Shown: positions 44,294 to 53,329 of the stretch, piece by piece
How positions within the stretch are numbered: position 1 is the stretch's first letter
How the letters are laid out: the number at the start of each line of letters is the position of its first letter
Notes under the pieces: model-generated
Database searches by the model: none
What the model was told of the DNA's origin: nothing
What the model saw: only the letters and a program-made list of their open reading frames with translations
NCBI GenBank assembly: GCA_013115125.1
Contig: JABANN010000202.1
Span: 1-53,329, forward strand
Reading direction: 5' to 3'
Length of the DNA stretch: 53,329 nt
DNA from: Perkinsus olseni
Lineage: Eukaryota
Made by a program: the position numbers and the translations under genes

Positions 44294-44628
44294 TAATCAA
44301 CAGGTGGCTCCGTCGTTGTCTTGTCGTGAATACCAATGCACTGCTCAGGTTTCCGATAGGTTCGAGAGGTTATTGGTGAATCGATTGTAGGAGGCGAACA
44401 GAGCCCTACCCTATAGTTTACCAGAAGTTAGCTGGGGAGTGGTATTATCGAAGACACGAGTGCGCAGTTTCTGTTATTGCTCCTATTGAGTATCGGTTCC
44501 AATAATCGTTCGATCTGCTATTAGTTTCGAGTAATGGTCGTCGTCATAATACATTGTTCGAAGCCCTAGTAATGATGTGGTGTTGATAACTGTGGGGATA
44601 CTGTAGGTCGAGTATATCCATCTTCATC

Positions 44629-45629
44629 ATGGTCATCATCATCAAGGAGGTTCCAGCCACCACCGCCAGCACCGCCAGCAGGGGTATCACTAAAGGCTTC
44701 CTCTCGGGTGACGCTCGTCTGTATGGCGATGAGGGCAGCCCTGAGGGTGCGGTCACGGAGGAACAGAGAAGGAGAAGAGATGAGTAGTCCGACGACGATC
44801 GGGTCATGATGATAGAAGAGGGGACCGCTCGGTAGATACGAGCTGAATTGTAAAAGTAATGATGCCATGCATGAGGTGCTACACAAGAGAGATCGTATAG
44901 TTGACGGCTATGATGGGAAGTATCCCGACAGAGCGCCTTGGTAGTCCTCACCCCCGCAGGGAGTCTACTGTCTTATCGTGTAGGTACACCCCCGAGTATC
45001 CTAAGAATTGTGAATATAACAACCCGCAGTGTGTGATGGATCCGCTGCAGTCTAGCCAAAGTACTGAGGCCCATCAGAGATTACTAGTGCATTCTAAGAG
45101 GTGGAGAGATATCCTCGATGTGAGATGCCCTCCCGAGTCGCTGCCATCACTCCTGCTGCTGTCGGCAGGGTACCTCTGGCCTAGTGGAAGTACGGCTCTC
45201 GTACTCGGGTATTCGAGACAGCGACATCGGTGTTCTGATGGACGTCCTCGGGGAACGTCATAATAACACCTGTACCTTCATAGACCTCAGCTCGAATGAC
45301 ATTATGGACGCTGGAGTAGGGCGGACAGCACCTGAGGAGGGCGGAGGAGCAGTGCTGCTGTGGGCGATAGATACAAGCGTTAGTGGGCCGGCTCAGCGAC
45401 AAGAAGGTGCTGCCAGCCTTAAACAAGTTGTGGTTATTTGGCAATAAGTTGACAGATCTTGGTGAGTACGGTGGATGCTGCTGTTACTACTAGGACAGTG
45501 TGGATTGTAGGACGGGTGATGCTGCTGCAAGGGCTCGGGGTTTTACGGAGAGAACTTCAATTAGAGGTCGATACTCCAACATGGATGATACCAAAAGATA
45601 CTTCCTCTACGGCAACACCATCGACATGA
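44629..45629 (+). CDS. Leucine-rich-repeat (RNI-like) protein, multi-exon
   Basis: LVEVRLSYSGIRDSD; FIDLSSNDIMDAG/IQAL; LNKLWLFGNKLTDLG. Confidence 0.7.
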
Positions 45630-45724
45630 TATCCAACTGGTTGTGAAGATCCTTTCTACTATACCGGTGTCGGGTTGTGTGTGGAGGCAGCGGTCACTTC
45701 GAATGAGAGGGTAGTTGATCCAAG

Positions 45725-48198
45725 ATGGTGGAAGCTTCCTCGTCATCATCAACTTCACTCGAGGATGAGGGCGCCCGTCTAAGTACGATACAGTCGAGCA
45801 TTTACTTCCAAAGTGTCCCTGCTCTGGATTGAACCGGTAGCTCTTCCTCTTCCCTTGTCAGGAGCATTGAGGGTGCGGGCTGTTGAGTCCAGGATGGCTG
45901 CTGCGTCAGGAGAAGAGGAGGACCCCCTGCCCAGCCGGAAGAGGCAACGTCTTGCAGGTAACTTTTGAATTTACTAAATTGTTGTACCGCGATAGACGAC
46001 TGGTCACTCAGCCAATCCTGATCACCATCCATCATCGTCCTCCTCGTCATCCTCTTCTGGACTGTCACCAGTGAAGATCGAGGATGAGTCTGGGCCTCAC
46101 CACCGGGAGGGAGAGCTTGCTCAGGACCCAGCAACCTCCTCCTCATCAACATCGAGCAGTGTAAGTTATGGTATGTCGTAGCAAAAGGACTGGTCTGTTC
46201 TCAGATCCCTGCTGCTGCTGCACCACCTTCCCAACCGGAGGCGGCTGTTGTTGATATCCTCGATTCTTCTGAAGATGAGGGGCCGGTGGACGTATTGGAG
46301 GTATCATCGGATTCTGACGATGATGAAGACGATGATGAGCTGGAAGCAGTAGTGGAAGGTAGTAGGGGACGATACCCGCTCAGTGCTCGGCGGCGGTTAG
46401 CCTATAATGCTGCTAGATCCCATTGAAGTAGACCTCCTCGATGATGAGGACTTCGAGGCTGGCGCAGCACCAATAGCGATCACGGAGGACGAGGCTAGCG
46501 AGGGGGGGCATCATAGCGATACTGACCACAATGATGTCGAAGATGATGATGTGGAGTTCGTAGGGGAGACCAGAGCAGCAGGAGCCAATTGGGGCTTGCG
46601 ATGGCAACATAGGAACAGGCTGGATAACAGCGCTTTGCGGGTAGTTTCCGCCACGCCATCCTCCCCTTCCTGCGCACTTTTCAGGCACTCGATCGTCATC
46701 TCGGCTTCAACCCTCCTGTCGGCATTCAAGACGTCTTCGGTGCCCCTCCTCCTCCTGTCGCCCATCCATTGCCTAATGCCTTCATCAATCGGGCGAACAG
46801 GGAGAGGCTCAGAGCTGGGGTGATATCTCGTGCAGTGCCAATGGATGTAGTGTAGATCATTTCAGGGCGTTAGGAGATATAACGGAGGTAACTTGCCTCA
46901 CTTGCGAGATCTTGATACTCCTCAACCGGGCGAGGGTGATCGGCCTCTTTATGCAGTTCGCTATCCCCGAGGGAACCGTCAACGATGTGAAGTAAGGCGC
47001 CATTGTCTCCTCGCTACACCCCAGCTCTGTTGTAGGTGTGCCGCCGCAACATATCACTCAACTCGACTGTTCTCTGTTACCGCAGTAGATTGATGGTCAA
47101 AACTGTTCACGTCGAATGCGCCCCCAATAGCCGAGCGATGTGAGGAGGATAACCCGTCTATCATCATCCACACTCATCAAGCGCAGGTACAGGCCAGCGG
47201 ATGTCGGAGTTGATGTTATCTTCCAGGACGCAGTTGCTAACGATGAAGCGGAAGTAGATCGGGTAGGCAATCGAAAGGATCCGGGTTCGATCCCCGGCCA
47301 GCAGATCTTTCAACAGGCCATTAGTACTTTGAGTCATCTGAGAAGCAGGAGGCTGATGGATCGTGAAGGGTAGGTTCGGAGGTGCAGGCCTGCTGCATGC
47401 TCACCCACCCCGCCTTGTTCAGGGAACTTCGACGTCGACGCAACAACAGACGCCAAAACGGCGGTGATCTCCTCTTGGATATTATGCGGATACCTCCACA
47501 ACAGCCGCAGCAGCCGCAGCCGCAGCCGCAGCCGCAGCCGGTGATGGAGGATCCTGGACGAGTGCTTGGCTTCGACAATGGCCTTCATGAGGGCCTACTG
47601 GTAGGGAAGCGTCCTTCTACGACCACCGATAATTATATGTTGCAGGCTTACAATTGGTTGTTGCCGGGAGCAGCGGCAGTGGCCGGGTTTGGGCCACCGG
47701 GGCACCATATTAACATGTACCACTCATCGGTGGCTGAAGCCCTCCTGCGCGGTCGGATGCCCCAACGTGGCCCCCCACCTCCATCGATACCAGCAGTACG
47801 AGGGCGAGGGGCTGCTCTTCGGTATTGCCATCTATCATTCTATCAGATGCTGAAAAAGTGTACGAGAGTTGTCATCAAGAAGGGCGACGTCGACCCCGAC
47901 ACGAATGCCTTCCGAGAATGTGAGGTTGGCTCAATCTCGGGTATCCCTTATGCTTGCTTCAGGTACGATTTGTTTGGAGCCTATGAAGACCAGACAGGCC
48001 GTTATTGAGTTGCCTTGCGAGCATCGGTGGGTTCTTGTAGGACGAGGTTGCATTTATGATGTTGTATTGGGAAGGTACCATCGAGGATGTATCGAGAAGT
48101 GGTTCAAGACGGCGTCCACGAAGGATCCGACCAATGTTCGATGCCCTCTGGACAAGAAGTCACTGTTTGAGATGCTTGGAGAGCCCGTCCCTGGCTAG
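45725..48198 (+). CDS. RING-H2 E3 ligase-like protein with acidic/SIM-like low-complexity region, multi-exon
   Basis: C/TICLEPMK...LPCEH/RYHRGCIEKW...CPLDK; VVDILDSSEDE, IEVDLLDDE, VEFVGE (SIM-like); basic RKRQRL. Confidence 0.75.
45811..45842 (-). other. tRNA-like fragment inside intron 45783-45861 (antisense)
   Basis: Minus strand AGCT-ACCGG-TTCAATC-CAGAG-CAGGGAC-A-CTTT. Confidence 0.45.
47263..47316 (+). other. Intron containing tRNA 3'-half-like sequence (sense)
   Basis: GTAGGCA-ATCGAA-AGGAT-CCGGG-TTCGATC-CCCGG-CCAGCAG-A-TCTTTCAACAG, with a perfect 5-bp T-stem. Confidence 0.8.
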
Positions 48199-48815
48199 CC
48201 TGTAGATTAGATATGATCATTGCACTATAATACTCGAGGAAGAACAACAACAACAACAATTATATAATTTAATAACGAAAGTCACACCGCGAAAGCGGCT
48301 TTGACGAGGCAGAGTTGAGTAGTCAAAAGGTTAGGACGATTGTGAGAGGGAAGGGTTTCGCCCGACTGAGGGAATGTGGGAAAAATACCAGCCGGTTGCA
48401 TCACAAATCATCCAGGTATACTTCTCATTGGTGTACGGGTGTTTGCCAAACATCCTTCATCCTTAGTGATCGGCGAAAGTCTCTAACCCATTGAGTTTTC
48501 TACGCCGTTTGCCACTCTCTTATCTCGGCCGACTGCCTCTGCGCGTGTCTGTATATCTTTCTGTAACTGCTGCCGTGAAGGCAGTTGATAAGTCGCTAAC
48601 TTGAAGTTGGGTTTGTGAGACGAGGCGAAGATATTGCAATCGCCTTTTGAACTGAATAACGCAACTGGTGGAATCCGGTACACACTTGAAGAAGCGCTGT
48701 GCGACTGAGCAGTAAATAACCAAAAAATCAGTACAGAAGTCCCAGAAAGTTGAAGGTGAATAGCCAATTTCACCGAGAGAATCTCGGAGTCTCTCTCGAA
48801 GCTAGCTTCACGCTG

Positions 48816-51800
48816 TCATGTTGATGCAGTAGAGGTGGTATAGTCTCCTCGCATGCGGCGGCCTTTCGGATCGAACAGGCAACCCGCCGTCACTTTCACT
48901 GGTATAATCAGCGGCTTGCCGTCCCCACCAATCGGGTGGACGCGAACGGTCCATTCCCCTGAGAGCAAACGATCCATTGGAGTGGCAGCCTTCGGTAGCG
49001 GTACCTTGTTCTATGTAGGACTTATCGATGATTGCTCTATCGTCCGAGATGAGGCACAGCCCGATCGGGCATTCCAAGACTGTTGAGTATCCGGCGGAGT
49101 TCAAGTAACTATACGCCACTGATGAGGGTCATCGAGAGGTTGTCACATACCCGACTAGTTTGTCGTTCCTATAGACTAGCTCAGCGCCGTGCCCCCACCA
49201 TGGCAGCTTTCCGAGGTCTACATCCGGGCACTGGGCCTGAAGTATTCAGTGAGGTCTTTCCAGCGAATCACGAAGCCCCACCTGCAGTGATAGGAGCCTT
49301 TTCTTCAGCCCTCCTGCCTCCTTTTCTCTGATCAAAGCTGCCTTGCCGATGAAGTCAACGTCTGAGGAGGAAGACCTCATTGGGGCGGCATCCCGCAGCC
49401 CCGCTTGTCTTTACCTGTTTTGAGCTTGCACGCAAAACCCAGGCCGACTTGTAGGACACTTTCCATCGGTGAGAAGTCATGACCATAGTGAAGGAAGCGC
49501 TTCTCCATCCTTAATGAGTCGAGCATGGCTAAGGAGCCCACCAACCGCTGTTCGGAAAAATGAATGGACGGCGGCAGACTAACGGCGCAACAACCCACAG
49601 GTCGGATGCTCCCTCCGGACATGATCCCGTCGAACAGCTTCTTGGCCCCACTCTTCTGAACGTGGAGCTCCAAGCCCAGCTCTCCGACATAACTGCGATG
49701 GAGCAGCATCAGCACAGGATGGGCGAGGGGGACTTACGAGACACGCAACGCTCGGCAGGAGACTCCTGCAAGCATCAGATCATCCTTCGCCCTCGACAGA
49801 GGTATGGTCGAATGGAGATCTATTCCGTCTCCGAGAGAGGATAACAGCTCGAAGCTCTTCGGACCCATTACCGATAGGACCTGAGGATGGGAGCTTGACG
49901 AGAGGCCTGACGTGTGGGTGCAGTAGTACGGCGATGTCGTCGGTGACATCATTGATAGTAACTCCCTTCATGCCTCGGCTTGCCGTTGCCCAGTGTAGAT
50001 GATCTTTTATCATCTCGGGCTGGTTGGAAGTGGTAGTAATATAAAAGCTGTCCTCTCCTAGTCGAGTGACGGTAAAGTCAGCGAGAATACCCCCGCGTTC
50101 GTTGGCCATGGCCGTGTAGACGATGGTGCCGATTGGTCGATCAATGTCAGCTGTACAGACCCATTGGAGGAGCTCTCCTGCGCCATCACCCTCGACCAAC
50201 AACTTGCCGAAAGACGACATGTCAATAACACCGACGTGCTGCCTAACAGCTCGGGCCTCTTCCTTCATAGCCTCGAACCACTCGGTCTTGCCCAGGCCCC
50301 AAGAATGAGGATATTCGTGGCGCGCGACATTGGTCGGGAGATAGTAAGCAGCCCTCTCCCAACCGAAGCCTTCAAAGAAGCGTGCACCATGGCGTTGATG
50401 CTCCTCATGAAGGGGCAGGAGGCGTCGATTGCGGCCACTGTGCAGCTGCATGTAGGGATAGTGGACTCCATACCTCGAGGGCTGACAGATGCTGACAACA
50501 TTCTCGATGGCTACTTACATGATGCCATACTCCTCTGCAGCCCTCCCCTCACACCAGTCAGGGTCCTCAGCGAGCGCTGGATACCAACGATTGACGTCAG
50601 CTGCTACGAAGTCGTCCTTGAAGCTCCTAGGATACCCATGGAGGATCCACTCGGCATTCGCAAGGCCAGCACCGGCGCCACATTGTATGCCCTGGGAATT
50701 GAACCCGGTACCTACGCCAGGGGATATGGGCTCCTCCTTCCCATGCATCGACGGTCCTCAGAGATGGTTACATATGTGGACATTATCAGTGCCAAGAAGC
50801 CTGCCCATGATTGGTGCGGTATCACAACTATGCGTGTCGGGGCCGTGTAACCAGCGCTTTATACCCACCTCCTGCAAGGCGGGAACGGTCTCCAAGGCAT
50901 CTGAGGTCGATGATGGGGACGAACAGGAGGCAGTGGCAGTACGCTCGAGCCACTCGCCGGCTTTGTCTATGCTCTCCGGGAAGACTTCATGCGATATATC
51001 TCGTGGCGCCTACGGGTGATGACGATACCACGACGGAGCTGGTGCTGGTAGATGCTACCGCTCCTGACGCGTTCCTTTCCTTCACATCTGGTGGGAAGTG
51101 GACCTCGGGGTTGGATTCGAAGACTCCAACCATAAAACCGCCAACCTCGAGAAGAATAGAGGGTGGGGTGTTGTAGTCACAAGAAGCCCTACCTCAGGCT
51201 TTAGGTAGAACTTGTTGAGGTAGTCTCGGACAACAGGCAACTTATTGGAAACCCCTTCAAGTCTATCAAACACCACATACCTGATCATGAGGGTCCTACA
51301 AGCAGTGGTGCCAGAAGCCTTACTGATGCGGCACAACGGCAGCTGGGAGGATGTCGCCTAGGCCCAGCTCCTTGACGATACCCTTACTCCATTGACCTGA
51401 CCTCACAATGACGACGCCCATCACTTGCTGCAGCCTGTCACCTGCGCAGATGATGATGTTATTCATGTGCACCAATGCCCCGCTGTCAAGTTCAACAGCA
51501 TGGGCTCGGCGACCATCCCTCACTATACGACGAATGGCCGTCCTCTCCAGTAGATGGGCCCCTTGGGCTCTCGCTCGAGCTGAGAAGGGGCCGTATTGTT
51601 GTTGCATCGCGGTGGTCGGTACTAGCCATCGCCATGGTAACGTCAGCTGGGTTGACGATACCGTCCTCTGAGGTGTATATACCACCATAAACTCCGGTAG
51701 TATCCAAATATGGATGGATCTGAGAATGGTGCGGTATTGGAGACAGCTGGGAAATACATAAATATCTTCCATCACGTGGTTGAGTGTATGAGAGGGGTAG

Positions 51801-52402
51801 GTGTAGTGAGTAATGGCTACCTGGCTAATCCTACTGGCATCACACAGTTCATAGGGTATCCCGAGGGACTCCGAGATGTTTGCCATCTGCAGCAACTGCG
51901 TCCAGAGATCTGTCCATACCATACGACCATCAAAGGGGACTGTAGTAGACATACCTTCAGTTCGGGCTATGCCCAGGCTGCCTGTCTTGGCCCAGCCTAC
52001 TCCTTCGTCAAAGGATTGATACAACCGATGCCCCTCTCTTGCCATGTTAGCGATGCATCTGCGATGGTCGACGGGTGGGTAGCGATGGATGGCCATCCTC
52101 CTACTTAACCCCCTTGAGTGCAGTCTGGAGACCAGCAGCATGCCAAGTGGTGCCAGACGTGAGGGTGTTCTGTTCGACGAGTAGTATTCTATGGGATGGT
52201 CCAGCTAGTCGAGAGAGCTGAAAGGCTGTTGCTACCCCTATAATGCCGCCTGAATAGATCATTGGACATATCCCTAGCATCAATGCAACACCTATGCTTG
52301 ATGCTTACCTCCAACGATGAGAGTGTCCACCTCCTTGGGCACGCTAGAGGCGATAGTACTGTACCCTCTACTCGATGGTCGGATACACAAACGTGAGAAC
52401 AT
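48816..52402 (-). CDS. Sarcosine/dimethylglycine dehydrogenase family (FAD oxidoreductase + GcvT domain), mitochondrial, multi-exon
   Basis: TLIVG/GGIIGVATAFQL; LTSGTTWHAAGL; DGIVNPAD; AGQWS; GFNSQGIQCGAGAG; GWERA; VIDMSSFGK; RVSYVGELGLELH; DSLRMEKRFLHYGHD; DFIGKAAL; LFDPKGRRMRG. Confidence 0.9.
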
Positions 52403-52798
52403 CAAACCAAAACAACTTGACAACAGGCTAGAGGTGTAAGTCGCCTGCATGGGATAATACGAGCAGGATGGAAAGTGCGCGGGCATGATGTGGGATAACC
52501 CAGTGTAACACGACGGTCGAGTAAGGTCCAAATTTTGCAGAGACAGGCCTTTCTATAAATACCTGTAAACACTCTTCAGCACCGATAGCTATACTGTGCA
52601 CGAACATGTACAACGCACAGCATCGCTAACAGGCTTCAGGAAGTGCTTCAGCTGCGGCTGTATCGGTAGTATCCTCGCCCCATGAGCTCAGACATCATCT
52701 CCAGTCACCAGAAGCGGCGATAAAACCGAGTATCGCAATTGACCACTATTGACCAACGACAACAGCGGCAACATATACCATCGAAGTCGGAGAAGAAT

Positions 52799-53258
52799 CT
52801 AATCTTTAACGGTCATCATAAACCCCGAACTGATGCCAAATAATTCATTCAACAGTCCACATGTTGATGCTATCTGTGGTGCCCGGGTCGAGACTCTGCT
52901 CCAGTCCCAGTTGGACGAATGAGCAATCAAAAAACCCCACATGGGTTGTCTTAGTAACCATCGTAACAGCTGCATCGGATCGGCTATGATGTCAGGCAGA
53001 AGGATGAGGTCACGTAAAAATGAGAGGTAGAACGAAGCCAAGTCGACACGTCTACTGTCCTCATCGGACAACTTCAGAAGCCCGATGGCATTCAGAAAGA
53101 TAACATGATCGAGTTGTAGGACAGCCATTTTGATGAGATCGACGAGGGTATCTTTCTTGCCACTTCGACCTCGACGAGCAACTAAGATACCCAACTCTCT
53201 GCCGAACTTCACTACACTGAGACCGTTCTTCAAAGCAGCAGAGATAGCCTTGTAGCGA
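52799..53258 (-). CDS. Probable PEX11-family peroxisomal membrane protein (5' part outside window)
   Basis: YKAISAALKNGLSVVKFGR (amphipathic helix), LDHVIFLNAIGLL and C-terminal STCGLLNELFGI resemble the PEX11 pattern. Confidence 0.45.
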
Positions 53259-53328
<70 letters not shown>

Positions 53329-53329
53329 G
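53259..53329. repeat. (TTG)n microsatellite at window/contig end
   Basis: Seen directly. Confidence 0.95.

Noticed and set aside
47927-47935. TTGGCTCAA resembling the 3' end of the dinoflagellate/Perkinsus spliced leader
   Set aside because: Only 9 nt, inside an intron, without the CCGTAGCCAT part.
48860-48885. CTGTTCGATCCGAAAGG T-loop-like text (minus strand)
   Set aside because: It encodes the conserved LFDPKG near the C-terminus.
50692-50708. T-arm lookalike CCGGG-TTCAATT-CCCAG (minus strand)
   Set aside because: It encodes the conserved GTGFNSQG motif of the dehydrogenase. This is a chance coding match and shows the background rate is not zero.
50164-51019. Long plus-strand ORFs (228 and 176 aa)
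   Set aside because: Antisense shadows of the GC-rich dehydrogenase exons.

Overview
Eukaryotic, gene-dense, intron-rich protist DNA. The many ~40-80 nt GT-AG introns, pervasive trinucleotide microsatellites and intronless lineage-specific secreted genes suggest an alveolate, most likely Perkinsus (inferred from style, not proven). Both ends lie in (TTG)n tracts, so the window is probably a whole contig. Recognisable spliced genes: transportin-1, meckelin/TMEM67, NADP-isocitrate dehydrogenase, MAF1, an N-myristoylated copine-RING protein, CASP/CUX1 golgin, prohibitin, an LRR protein, a RING-H2 protein, a sarcosine/dimethylglycine dehydrogenase and a probable PEX11. There are also EF-hand, coiled-coil, membrane and CaaX-ended hypothetical proteins and an intronless island with a decaying paralog. 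Most striking: at least 8-9 short spliceosomal introns in 6 unrelated genes carry tRNA 3'-half-like sequence (anticodon 3' strand, variable loop, GGTTCRANNCC T-arm/B-box, acceptor strand), in either orientation and of differing sequence. Also notable are a repeated GGGCGAGCGCTA motif upstream of genes and a 916-codon secreted multi-domain ORF broken by one in-frame TGA. Gene models were spliced by eye, so exon boundaries and termini are approximate.
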